Below are positions 10,548 through 22,958 of a stretch of 64,000 bases of DNA, piece after piece. Source of the stretch: Mobula birostris (taxonomy: Eukaryota); the NCBI RefSeq assembly GCF_030028105.1, contig NC_092393.1:19323825-19387824 (forward strand), in the 5' to 3' direction. Below the pieces are notes generated by a model. That model worked only from the letters and a program-made list of their open reading frames with translations, did not search any database and was not told the origin of the DNA. The position numbers were made by a program, and so were the translations under genes. Positions within the stretch are counted from its first letter, which is position 1. Each line of letters starts with the position of its first letter.

Positions 10548-11160
10548 ATGGAGACAGAAGCAGCTGAAAATAATCTGTACTTCACTTTTGGAGTCATAGC
10601 CGATATTCAATATGCCGACGTACAGGATGGCCTAAACTATGTAAGGACAAGAGAACGTTACTATAGAAACAGCCTCCGTTTGTTGCGCAATGCTGTCAAA
10701 GAATGGAATGAAGAGCCTGTTGCTCCCAAGTTTATTCTGCAGCTTGGTGATATAATTGATGGATGCAATTCACAGATAAAGGCCTCAGAAGAAGCACTTC
10801 AGACAGTAATAAATGAGTTTACAAATTGCCCGTCTCCAGTGCATCATATCTGGGGAAACCATGAATTTTACAACTTTGACAGGAAGCAATTACTGAAATC
10901 AGTTCTCAATAGCAAGCACCTGGAAGGTGACGTAGTATCGAGTAACGTGCCTAGTATTAGTATTAAGAATGACATTAACCCTGATGATCCTGAGGCATTT
11001 TATGGCTATCATTTTAGTCCCTTTCCGAAGTTTCGGTTCATAATAACTGACGCATATGATCTCAGCATTCTTGGGAGGAGAAAGAGCAGTAAGAAACACA
11101 ATAAATCCGTACAGATCCTGAAATCACACAACAAAAATGAAGACCCCAATAGCCCAGATG
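10548..11160 (+). CDS. ADPRM: Mn2+-dependent ADP-ribose/CDP-alcohol diphosphatase, first main coding exon (exon starts at 10514)
   Basis: Metallophosphoesterase motifs FGVIADIQYAD, LQLGDIIDG, HHIWGNHEFYNF. Acceptor TTTTTTTTAG at 10513; donor G|GTAAGC at 11160/11161 (phase 1). Confidence 0.97.
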
Positions 11161-11414
11161 GTAAGCCATTATTGTGTACCTTTTGTTTTATATTGTCTGC
11201 TCCCTGTCTATTTTTCCTGTTTCACATGTTTCTTGGTCACATTTTAAATTGGAATAGCACATGAATCATGCCTCTCTTGATGCCGCTGCATGGCAGTAGC
11301 AGAAGGTGAACATATTTACGCTGAGATTGGTTTGCAGACAACAATTTAAAATTAAGGTACATAATGAAAGCAAAATGTGCGAACATAAGTTGCATCCAGG
11401 TTACAGAATATTTG

Positions 11415-11820
11415 CTTCATCATCACCATTGTTATGTGCTGCGTCGTATGACGAAAGGGATAATGGTCTTCCATCTATTGTACTTAGTCTTTTCTCTTTC
11501 CGTGACCATGACTGTTCTTGGCAAATTTTTCTGCAGATGTGGTTTGCCACTGCCTCCTCCTGAGCAGTGTCTGGTGACCCCAGCCATTATCAATACTCTT
11601 CCAAAATTGTCTGACTGGTCACGTAACCAGGACTTGTGATATGCACCAGCTGCTCATACAACCATGCACCTCCTGCCCCCATGGCTTCGTGTGAACCTGA
11701 TCGGGGATGGGTGGGGGGTATGCAGGTGCTACACCTTGCCCAAGGGTGATCTGCAGGCTGGCAGAGGGAAGGGGTGCCTTACACCCACCCTGGTGGAGAT
11801 TTATCTCCACCCTGCACCCA
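11415..11820 (-). mobile_element. Short retroposon with RTE-type 3' tail; second copy split across 19805-20068 and 22959-23055
   Basis: (CAT)n end and GCAGA.GTGGTTTGCCA.TGCC motif typical of RTE-mobilised SINE tails; two similar copies in the window. Confidence 0.6.
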
Positions 11821-11994
11821 ATATTTGCATAGTCTGATCTATTTATCTTTGCTTTCCTTCAACATCACATGATATCTCAGCCTGTATTTGCAACAGTATG
11901 GGAGGTGCCCTTGTTCAATCTAACACTGGAATAAGACAGTTAACTACCAGTTTCCCACTCCCAATATGCAAATTGTTACCCCCTAGTACTGAAA

Positions 11995-12735
11995 GCTACC
12001 ATCAAGGACATTGCAAAAGACTGCCTCAAGAAGGCAGCATCCATCATTAAGGACCCTCACTATCCAGAGAACATGTCGGTCTCTCATTAGTACCATCACG
12101 GTGCAGACACAGGAGCCCGAACATCCACACTTCAACATTTTCGGAACAGCTTCTTCCACTCTGCCGGTAGATTTCTGAATGGTTCGTGAACACTATCTCA
12201 TTATTCCTCTTGTGCACTAATTAATTATTCATTTATTTTTAATACTAACATATAGTAATTTTTGTCTTGACTACCGTTTCCACAAAATAATTTTTATAAT
12301 ATACATCAGTGATAATAAACCTGATTCTGATTAAAGATTATTCCCAGAGATTAGAGGGAAAAAACAGATAATCTTGACGAGGTTATCTTCAGGACTCACT
12401 CCACCAGGTTCAAGAACAGTTATTACCCCTCATCTATCAAGCTCTTGATCAAAAGGGGATAACTGCACTCACTTGGCCATCCCTCGAGTTGTTCCCACAA
12501 GCAACGATCTCAGTTTAAGGACTCTTTATCTCATGTTCTCATTTTTATTGCTTTTTATTTATATTTCTATTTGCACAATGTGTTGTCTTCTGCACTCTGG
12601 TTGATCTTTCATTGATCCTGTTATAGTTACTATTCTATAGATTTGCTGAGTATGCCCACAAGAAAATGAATCTCTGGGTTGTATATGGTAAGCTGTAGGT
12701 ATTTTGATAATAACATTTATGTTGAACTTTGAAAT
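11995..12735 (+). mobile_element. Two adjacent Rex1/Babar LINE 3' fragments
   Basis: CLKKAASIIKDPH and RFKNSYYP-type C-terminal peptides; 3' ends AATAAACCTGATTCTGA and GAACTTTGAA. Confidence 0.7.
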
Positions 12736-13224
12736 GCTACTAAACTTGCAGATAATGGAAGTCTGTAGAGGTGCAGAGGCAAATATTGTCTGATATAGGA
12801 TAAGCTGATGCTTTACAGACTAACTGCATTTAAATAAGAGAGTAATTTCAGGGCAGTATTTCATGATTGTCTGGGTGATGTCTTTATTTTACCTATCAAT
12901 TTTCCCAATTTCCATATTTGTAGTCACCTCCTTTATTTTGCATTTCTGTTTCATTATGAAATGTAAAATGCTAGAAAATATTTATTTATCCATGTGTTTG
13001 CATCGCTGGCTTGTATTTGGTTTTGTTATGGCTCTGTCATTTTCCTGATTATTACAGTTGTACGTGGCTGGTAATAAAATGCTTAGGAAAGTCAGTGAGA
13101 AATATAATTTTACAAAGTTTTCCACTATCATAATTACCTAAGAGCTCATTGAAAAATTCCATTACTACCATAAATCACAAGTTATGTAAGGATTATTTAA
13201 GAATTTATTTCTAGACCCAGAAAT

Positions 13225-14030
13225 TAATTCAATAGGCACATTTAGTCAGAGAAATGTATACAATATACATACTGAAATTCTTTGTCTTTGCAAACATCTA
13301 TGAAAACAGAGGAGTGCCCCAAAGAATGAATAACAGTTAAACATTAGAACCCCAAAGCGCCCCCCAGCTCCCCCTTCCCACACATAAGCAGCAGCAAGGC
13401 AACGACCCCTCCCACCAGCAAAAGAGCATCAGCGCTCCCCCCACCAAGCACAAAAGTGTGCAGCAAAGCATCAGTGAAGACACAGACTTGCAGTATGCCA
13501 AAGACTACTTGTTCACCCGGTATTCGACATACCACAGGCTCTGTCTCTCTCCCTAATAAGGGAAAAAGAGGTGTCGCTATTTCACAGCGAGAGGGCAGAC
13601 ATTACAAACAACTGGCTGATTTATGTTGTGTCGCTTTTTCCGAGCTCTGCGCGAGAGTCGGCCCCAAAAAGGCACTGGTCACTGGACACACAGCCCACGG
13701 CTGCTGACCCGCTGCCCCCAGTGTTCCGTGTCCTCCCGTGACATCTCATTCAGGGGCACCGGCCTAGAATCAGCCCGTCTCCAGAGCCACGAAAATCCAG
13801 CACCCTGAGGGTGGGCTAGTCTTCCAGACTGTGTCCTTGGGACATCACACGGCCGGTCGTGAGGCCCTGAGAGCCTGCCCAATTCCCGCAAAGAACCGAA
13901 GTTAGAATGTAACTCCAGGTCAGGGTCTTCATAAGAACCTTGAAAAGGGGGGAGAAAAGAGATATCAAAGATAGAAATAAAGCTGCTTCCAAAGATGCAA
14001 GCAGAAGAGTCGCCATTTAGCGCCATCATC
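13225..14030 (-). mobile_element. Non-coding interspersed repeat, probably an internally deleted Rex1/Babar-type retroposon
   Basis: Minus strand starts GATGGCGCTAAATGGCG. Its 3' part is similar to a second copy at ~45520-45880. No RT ORF. Confidence 0.55.
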
Positions 14031-14304
14031 AATTCGTTCTGCCTCTCCTGCATGAATCTGCACGGTACAACCAGAACAATATCGCCAAAGCAATATTAAT
14101 TGGTCTGTGACATGAATTTGCTTTTAGAGAATAACCATCATTTGTGCATTCTCCGTGACTATACTTTGTGAAAAATTCATTCCTTTGGACCTGGTGCTGG
14201 ACGTATTTTCTGTAAAAATTCAATTAGCTTTGGAAAGTACAATATGGCAACTGCAGATATGGAAATAAAGATTGTTACAAATTTAAGGATATTTCTAATC
14301 TGCA

Positions 14305-15197
14305 GGTGATACAAAGATTGTTGGCGTTGATAGTGTAGAAGACTGACAAAGAGTACAGCGGGATATAGATCAGTTACAGAAATGGGTGGAGAAATGGGAG
14401 ATGGAGTTTAACCCGCCAAATATGAAATGTTGCATCTTGGTAGTCAAATGTAAAGAGACAGTATGCTGTTAAGGGCAAGTGCCTTAACAGTGTTGATGAG
14501 CAGATGGATCTTGGAGTCCAAGTTCATTGCTCTCTGAAAGCAGCTACGCAGATTGATAAGGTGGTTCAGAAGGCTTATGGCATGCGTGCCTTCATTAGCC
14601 GAGACATAGAGATGAAAAGTCAGGAAGTTATATTGCAGCTTTATAAAACTCCAGTTAGGCTGCATCTGGAATATTGCATGCAGTTCTGGTCACCCCATTA
14701 TGGAAAGGGTGTTGAGGCTTCGGAGAGAGTGCAGAAGGATGCTGTCTGGATTAGAGGTTGGACAAACTTCGGTTGTTTTCTCTGGAGTAGTGGAGGGTGA
14801 GGGGGAGATCGATAGAGGTTTATAACATTATGAGAGACGTATTATGACTAGGCAAGCATTATTTTTTTTTCCCAGAGTTGAAATGCCTAATATCAGAGGG
14901 CATACATTTAAAGTGAGAGGGAATAAATTCAAAGGAGATGTGAGGGGCAAGTTTTTTACACACAGAGAGTGGTGGGTGCCTAGAATGCACTGCCTGAGGT
15001 GGTAGTAAAGGCAGGTACATTGGGGACTTTTAAGACTGGTTTAGATAGGAACATGAATGCAAGGAAAATGGAAGGATGTGGACATTGTCTAGGCAGAAGA
15101 AATTAGTTTGGTTGACCATCTGATTATGAATTTAATTGGTTTGGCGCAATATTGCTGAATGGTCTATTCTAGTGCTGTACTGCTCTATGTTCTATGT
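14305..15197 (+). mobile_element. CR1 LINE 3' fragment
   Basis: DLGVQVHCSLK...LYKTPVRLHLEYCMQFWSPHY; 3' end CTATGTTCTATG. Ends ~65 nt before the ADPRM exon acceptor. Confidence 0.9.
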
Positions 15198-15264
15198 ATG
15201 TATAGATGCCTTTCAGCATAGCTATAGTATACCAAGCTATATAATAATTCCTCTTAATCGACAG

Positions 15265-15387
15265 GCCTTGCTGGATTGAATATTCGCTTTTTGGGATTTA
15301 ATGGAGGTTTCAGTCAAGAGCAGCTAGAATGGCTAAATGCTGTTTTAGATTTCTCCGATCACAACCAGGAAAAGGTAACAGTCGTTG
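15265..15387 (+). CDS. ADPRM: ADPRM middle coding exon (missed by the ORF track)
   Basis: ACAG acceptor; encodes [41 protein letters not shown]; donor G|GTAAGT. 123 nt, phase 1-1. Confidence 0.95.
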
Positions 15388-15524
15388 GTAAGTAAGTGAA
15401 ATGTAATCTGTTCTGGTTGACTCCTCCTCAAAAAAAAGTGTGTAGAGATCCATGTTAGAAAAGGGTAAAACACGAGTTAGGCCATGATTGGAGTAGCTGC
15501 CACACATCAGAAGAATGTGGCAAC

Positions 15525-16900
15525 CATAAGACATAAGAGCAGAGTTAGGCTGTTCAGCCCATCGAATCTGCTTCATCATTCAATCATGGCTGATGTATTT
15601 TCCCCCTCAACCCCTTTTCCTGCTTTCTCCCCATAACCTTTGACACATTTACTAATTAAGAACTTCTGAACTTCCACTTTAAATATACCCAATGACTTGG
15701 CCTCCAGAACCATCTGTGGTAATGAATTCCACAGATTTGGCTGAAGAAATTCCACCTCATCTCTGTTCTAGAGGGCTGCCCTTCTGTTCTGGAGCTGTAT
15801 CCTCTGATCTGTTGAGAACATTTACTCCACGTCCACTTTAACTAGGCCTTTCAATATTCGGTAGGCAACACAGTAACACAGGAGTGCAAAGAAGATTCAT
15901 GAGGGTATTGCCAGGGTGAGAGAATTAGTTCTGAGTAGAGATTTGGAAGATTGGATTTATTTATTTGGAATAAAGATGGCAGAGCAGAATTGATATGCAT
16001 AAATATGAGAAGCAGAGATAAAGTGAACAGGGAAGTCTTGTTACCTTTAGCAGAAAGATCACCAACCAAGGGACATATATTAAGGGAATTGGTAGGGTTA
16101 GAGTTAGTTTGATGATTTATTTTTGTTGTTGTGGTACTTTTTCTTTGGAGAAGGTGTAGAAGAGGTTTACAAAGATGTTGTCTGAATTAGAGGGCATGTG
16201 TATGAGGAGAGGTTAGACAAACTTGGGTTGTTTTCTCTGGAGCAGTAGAGACCCGATACAAATTTAATAGATTATGAGAGGCATAGACGGACAGCCTGTC
16301 AAAATGTCTAACACTAGAGGGCATGCATTTAAGATAGATACTTTATTGTTCCCAAAGGAAATTACTGTGTTACAGTAGCATTACAATTGCACAGATATAC
16401 ACGTATTAGAAGAAAAGTAAGAAAGAATAAGTTACTTTAAAAATGAGATGTACAAGATTTACAAGTCCAAGACTGCAAGATCACTTCCCTGGCTGTTGGT
16501 TGACTTGTTATAGAGCCTGATGGCTGAGGGTAAGAATGACCTCATATAGTGCTCTCTGGAGTAGCACAGTTGTCTGTCTATTACTGAGAGTGCTCTTCTG
16601 TTCAGCAAGGTAGCATGCAGGATGTGAGAAACATTGCCCAGAATTGCCTGAATTTTCCGAAGGGTCCTTTGTTCTGCAAGATAAAAGGGGTTAAATTCAA
16701 AAGAGATGTGTGAGGCCAGATTTTTTGGTTTTTTTTTTACAGAGTTGTGGGTGTCTGAAGTGTACTGCCGGGGGTGGTGGTGGCAGCAAATATAATAAGG
16801 CATTTAAGAGGCTGTTAGGTAGGTACAGGAATGGGCGGAGAATGGATTGACGTGGGCAGTATGTAGGCAGAAGGGATTTGTTTCAGTAGGCAATTAATTC
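15525..16900. mobile_element. Cluster of CR1 3' fragments (both orientations) with a minus-strand Rex1 fragment at ~16330-16678
   Basis: CCATAAGACATAAGAGCAG CR1 tail on minus; CR1 RT C-terminal sequence on plus; RSFLPSAIRLYN Rex1 motif on minus. Confidence 0.7.
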
Positions 16901-16902
16901 TA

Positions 16903-17793
16903 GAATCAATACCCCTTATGTGAAATTCCAAAATCTGAAACCCTCCGAAATCCTCAAGAATTTTTTTGAACGCTGATATGATGTCACAAATGGAAAATTC
17001 CAGAAGACGCTGGGAAGGTTCCTAGTCAATGCACAGGTAATCTGAGAAGTGAGCTCAGATATATAATGAACAATAGAAAAGCACTGCATAAAGCAAAAAA
17101 TAAAGAACTTGATCGTGTATTGAAAGAATGGATTCATCAGCGATGGAACGAACATACGTCGCGTGACGGTACGCTAATCAGGAAATGAGCAAAGATCTAT
17201 CATAATGAACTGAACCTTGAAGGTAATTGTGGATACCTAGCAGACTGGTTGCAGAAATTTACGAAAAGGAACTGTATTAATATTTAAAGATTAAAATTAT
17301 TTTAAAGATAAAGCTCATGAAGCAACACAGAAACTCATTGATAAGATTGCGAAAATCGTCGCTGATGAAAATCTAATACCAGAACAAGTCTACGATTCTG
17401 ATTGCCTTTATACCTTTCATAAAACCTAAAAAAAGTGAACTACAAATACTGTGTATATACTGTAACCTCTTAATCAAAACACCACATCAGAGGTGGAGAC
17501 TGAAAGCCTGTCATTGTTTGTTACTGTTAAATAGCTGATTCAGGTATTCTCCCGATGCTGCTGCGTTGCTTTTGTTACCCTGCAGACATTAATATTTTCA
17601 TTTTATTATTGGTATCTGGTCATTTTTACTGTTAAGTACCTAATTGTGATGAACAAGCATAAGACAAAGATGGCTTACTGGTAGTACAAATTCAGAGTCA
17701 GAAAAGATAGTGATCCCAAGCTAACTCATTATATATTCCAAAATCTGAAACATTTCTATCCCCAAGCATTTGGGATAAGGAGTATTCAACCAG
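16903..17793 (+). mobile_element. Tigger4/Zombi-like (pogo) DNA transposon, internally deleted
   Basis: TIRs AATACCCCTTAT.. and ..GGATAAGGAGTATTCAACCAG|TA. CENP-B-type HTH remnant KALHKAKNKELDRVLKEWIHQR...AKIYHNELNLEGNCGYLADWLQKFTKR at ~17078-17290. Confidence 0.85.
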
Positions 17794-18139
17794 TAGTTTA
17801 TTTAATTCAGCACAATTTCATGGCTGTGTTTGATCTGTTCCTGTGCTGTATTGTTCTATATTCTAATCAAATTCACTTCCTTAAAGAAGTGGGAACCCCC
17901 CCCTCCCCCCAATCACATTTTATAAAAAGCACATGAGTACTCAATGAGGCCCAGAGTTCTAGGATTGGATTTTGGAAACGGGAGGAGTCCAAGTAGTTTT
18001 TTTTCTTTCACCAATACAGATACCATTGATTAATTTAGTTGTATATATTTCTCATCTGTGACTACAAAACAGACGTTCTTCATTAATGCAGACGTTCTTC
18101 ATTAATGCAGAACGTACAAAATATCAAGTATTTTTAGAT

Positions 18140-19340
18140 AGTAGGTCTGTAACCAATGGTGTGCTGCAAGGATTAGTGCTGGGTCCCCTGCTGTTTGTCA
18201 TATATATCAGTGATTTGGATGAGAATGTACAGTAGATGGCACGATTAGGAAGTTTGTGGATGACGGCAAAATTGGTGGTATGGTGGACAGTGGAAATAAC
18301 AACAGAATCAAATTCAGCTGGGAAGTGGGCAGATGGTTGCCTCTCTGACTGGAGGCCTGTGACTAGTGAAGTGCTGCAGATCCATTGTAGTTTGTCATCT
18401 GTATCAATGACCTGGATGATAATATGGTTAACTAGATCAGCAAATTTGCAGATTACACCAGGATTGAGGGTGTAGTGGACAGTGAGGAAGGCTATTGGAG
18501 CTTGCAGAGGGATCTGGACCAGCTGGAAAAATGGGCTGAAAAGTGCCAGATGGAATTTAATATAGACAAGTGTGAGGTGTTGCACTTCAGTAGGACCAAC
18601 CAGGGAAGGTCTTATACAGTGAATGGTAGAGCACTGAGCACTGTGGTAGAACAAAGGGATTTGGGAATACTAGTCAATAATTCATTGAAAGTGGCGTCAC
18701 TGGTAGGTAGGGTTGTAAAGAAAGCTTTTGGCACATTGGCCTTCATAAATCATTGTATTGAGTACAGGAGATGGGTTGTTATGCTGAAATTGTATAATGT
18801 TGGTGAGGACTAATTTGGTGTGCAGGTATGGTCAGCTACCCTTCAGGAAAGTTCTAAATTCGGTTGAAACAGTCCATACAAAACTTACAAGTTGTTGCCA
18901 GGACTGGAGGACCTGAGTTATAAGGAAAGATTGAATAGGTTAGGACTTTATTCCTTGGAATGTAGAAGACTGAGTGGAGATTTGATAGAGGTATACAAAA
19001 TTATGAGGGGTATAGATAGGGTAAATGCAAGCAGGCTTTTTGGATGGGACTACAACTAGAGGTCTGGGTTAGGTGTGAAGGCAAAAGGTTTAAGTGGAAC
19101 ATGAGGGGAAACTTCTTTATTCAGAGGGTCATGAGAGTGTGGAAAGAGCTGCCAGCGCAAGTGGGGCATGTGAGCTTAATTTCAACATTTAAGAGAAGTT
19201 TGAATAGATGCATGGATGGCAGGGGTATGGAAGGATATGGCCAGGGCGTAGATCGATGGGAAAAGGCGGTTTAAATGGTTCAGCATGGACTAGATGGGCT
19301 GAAGGGCTTGTTTCTGTGCTGTACTTTTCTATGACTGTGG
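18140..19340 (+). mobile_element. CR1 LINE 3' region (two joined fragments)
   Basis: LQRDLDQLEKWAEKCQMEFNIDKCEVLHF; 3' end TTCTATGACT. Confidence 0.9.
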
Positions 19341-20068
19341 AATTTAACTCAGACACTTGCATAGTGATGTACTTTCAAAGTTAACCAGGGCCCTATTCTA
19401 GAGCAAAGAGACCTCGGGCTGCAAGTACATAGCTCCCTAAACATGGCAACGTTGGTAGACAAAGTGGTGAAGAAGACATTTGGCATGCATGGCTTCATCA
19501 GACCAGGCACTGAGTATAACTGATGGGACATCATGTTATATCTGTATAGCACATTGGTGAGACCATACCGAGAATATTGTGTGGAGTTCTGGTTACTGTA
19601 CTAAAGAAAGGATGTGATTAAACTGGAGAGAGTTCAGAAAGGATTCACCAGGATGTTGCTGGGACTGTGGATTTTGAGCTATGAAGGGAGACTAGCTAGG
19701 CTGGGACTGCTTTCCCAAGAATGGAGACAATTGAGAGGTAACCTTACAGCGGTCTATAAAATTATGGTTGTAAAGGTGGATGGTCACAGTCTTTTTCCTG
19801 GATCTTCATCATCATTATTATTACGTGCTGTGCGGTTTGACGTGAGCGATCACAGTCTATGACCATGATCGTTCTTGGCAAACTCTACAGAAGTAGTTTG
19901 CTTTTGCCTTCTTATGCATAGTCTCTTTATAAGACGGGTGACCCCAGCCATTATCGGTACTTGCCTGGCATCAGTGGTCACATAACCAGGATGTGATTAT
20001 GTGACCACAGCACCACCTGCGCCCATGGCTTCACGTGACCCTGATTGGGGATTGGGGGGTGGGTTGGC

Positions 20069-22958
20069 TAAGCTAATATGGCAGGGGGATGGGATTCAGT
20101 ATGATAGAGCTGAGGATGAGCCAGCAGGTAACATGAATGTAAGGAAGGACATGCCAGTGATTGGGTACAACTGCAGACAGAGCAAAGTGTTAAGTTGCAC
20201 CACAGAGGCAAAATTCAGAAAAGCGAAGAATGTAGGACTGAAGGTGCTATATTTAAATGCATGTAACATTGGGAATAAGGTGGATAAACTCGTGGCGCAA
20301 TTAGAGATTGGTTGGTATGATGTTGCGAGCATCACTGAGCCGTGGCTGAAAGGAGGCCATAGTTAGGAGCTTAACATCAAAGGATCTACTTTGTATCGAA
20401 AAGACAGGCAGGAAGGCATAGGCCGTGGTGGTGACTATTGGTAGGAGATGGAATTGTATCTTTAGAAAGAGTTAAGAAACTGCAAGGGTAAAATCATATA
20501 TGCCTCCAAATAGCAGCCAGAATCTGTGTTTGAGATTGCAAGGGGAGCTGGAGAAGGCACGTAATAAGTGTAATGACACAATTGTGATGGAGACTTCAAT
20601 ATGCAAGGGGATTGGGAAAATCAGGTTGATGTTGGATTGCAAAAGAGGGAATTTGTTGAATGCCTACGAGATAGCTTTTGAGATTGGGTGTTGTGTTAAA
20701 ACCCAGATTTTATTAGTCAGCTTAACGTAAAGGAACCCTTAGGAGGTGATGATCATAATATGATTGAATACTGCGGTTTGAGAGGGAGAAGCATAAGTCA
20801 CATGTATCAGTACTGCAGTGGAATAAAGGGAATACGGAGGCAGGAGAGAGGAGCTTGTTCAGGTGGATTGGAGGAGGATACTGGCAGAGCAGAGATGGCT
20901 GGTTTCTGCAAATAGCTTATAAGGTGCAGGATAGATATGTCCGACAGAAGAAGTTGTTTTCAAATGGCAGGGGGAGGCAACCATGGCTGACAAGGGAAGG
21001 TAAGGACTGCATAAAAGCCAAGGAAAGGGCACATAATGTAGCAAAAGTGAGCTGGATGATTGGGAAGCTTTTAAAATCAAACAAAAGGCAACTAAAAGAG
21101 CTATAAGAAGGGAAAAGAGGAAATATGAGGGCAAACTAGCTGATATTATAAAGCAGGATACTATAAGTTTTTTCATTTATATAAAGAATAAAAGGGAGGT
21201 GACAATTGATATTGAACCACTGGAAAATGATGCTGGTGGGGCAGTAATGGAGGACATAGAAATGGCAGATGAACTTAATAAGTATTTTGCTTCAGTGTTT
21301 ACTGTAGAAGACACTACTGGTATGCTAGTGGTCCGTGAGTGTCAGGGAGCTATTACACAGGAAAAATGCAAGGCAACTGAAAGGTCTTAAAGTGGGATGG
21401 ATAAGTCACCCAGAACAGATGGAGTATATCCCAGAGTCCTGAGAATGGTTACTGAAGAGGTAACAGATACATTGATCATGATTTTTCAAGAATCACTTGA
21501 TTCTGGCATGGTTCCAGAGCACTGGAAAATTCCAGATGTCACTCCACTCCTTAAGAAGGAAGGAAGACAAAAGAGGAAACTATAGGCCAGTTAGCCTAAC
21601 CCCAGTGGCTGAGAAAGTGTTGGAGTCAGTTATTAAGGACGAGGTTTTGGGGTACTTGGAGACTAATGATAAAATAAGTCAAAGTCAGCATGGTTTCTGT
21701 TGAGGGAAATCTTGCCTGACAAATCTGTTAGAATTCTTCGAGGAAGTAACAAACAGGGTGGATAAAGGAGAGGCAGTGGATGTCATTTACTTAGATTTTC
21801 AGAAGGCATTTGATAAAGGTGCGTCACATGAGGCTGCTCAACAAGATGAAATCCTGTGGTGTTACAGGAAGTATACTGGCATGGATAGTGGAATGGCTGA
21901 CAGGCCCAAATAAAGGGAAGCCTTTTTTGGTTGGCTGCCGGTGACTAGTGGTGTTCCTCACGGGTCAGTATTGGGACCGCTACTTTTCACATTATTTGTT
22001 AGTGACTTAGATAGTAGAATTAATGGCATTGTGGCAAAGTTTGTGGATGATACGTAGATAGATGGAGGGGTAGGTACTGCTGAGGAAGCTATATGATTCC
22101 AGCAGGACTTGGACAAATTGGAAGATTGGCCAAAAAAAGTGGCAGATGGAATACAGTCTTGGGAGATGTATAATAATACATTTTGGAGAAAGGAACAATA
22201 GTGCAGACTATTACCTAAGTGGGGAGAAAATTCAAACATCAGAGGTGCAGAGGGACTTAGGAGTGCCCGTGCAAGACTCCTAGAAGGTTAATTCATGGGT
22301 TGAGTCTGTGGTAAAGAAGGCAAATGCAATGTTGGCATTTATTTCAAGGGGAATAGAACATAAAAACAAGGAGATAATGCTGAAGCTTTATAAGACACTA
22401 GTCAAGCTGCACTTGAAGTATTGTCAACAGATTTGGGCCCCTTATCTCAGAAAGGATGTATTGTCATTGGAGAGAGTCCAGAGGAGGTTCATGAGGATTA
22501 CTGTGGGAATGAAGGGATGGGGAGCTTTTGGTAGTTTTGGGCCTGTACTCACTGGAATTTAGAAGAATGTGTGGGGATTTCATTGAAACCTACTGAATGT
22601 TGAAAGGACTAGATAAGGTGGACATGGAGAGGATGTTTCCTCTGGTAGGGTTATCTGGAACTAGAGGGCACAGCCTCAAAAATTGAGGGGCGATCTTCTA
22701 GAACAGAAGTAAGGAGGAAATTTTTTAAATCAAAGAGTGGTGAATCTGTAGAATGCTCTGCCACAGACAGCAGTGGAGGCCAAGTCATTAGGTATATTCA
22801 AAGCGGAAGTTGATAGGTCCTGATTGGTCGGGGCATTGGGATATGGTGAGAAGGCAGGTGTATGGAATTGAATGGGATCTGGGATCAGCCATGATGAAAT
22901 GGCAGAGCAGACTCAATGGGCTGAATGGCCTAATTCTGCTCCTATGTCTTATGGTCTA
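20069..22958 (+). mobile_element. Long decayed CR1 LINE (end of ORF1, APE endonuclease, RT, 3' UTR)
   Basis: KLIWQGDG (ORF1 end), LKVLYLNACNIGNKVDKL (APE start), NYRPVSLT, SQHGF; tail CTATGTCTTATGGTCT. Multiple stops. Nested inside a SINE that is itself inside another CR1. Confidence 0.92.

Noticed and set aside
11161-11264. Hydrophobic C-terminal tail of the 238-aa ORF, suggesting a membrane-anchored ADPRM
   Set aside because: This is read-through into the T-rich intron past a good donor (G|GTAAGC). The downstream exons complete the normal enzyme.
18070-18111. 19-bp direct repeat CAGACGTTCTTCATTAATG x2
   Set aside because: Simple tandem duplication without spacers; not CRISPR-like, and the DNA is eukaryotic.
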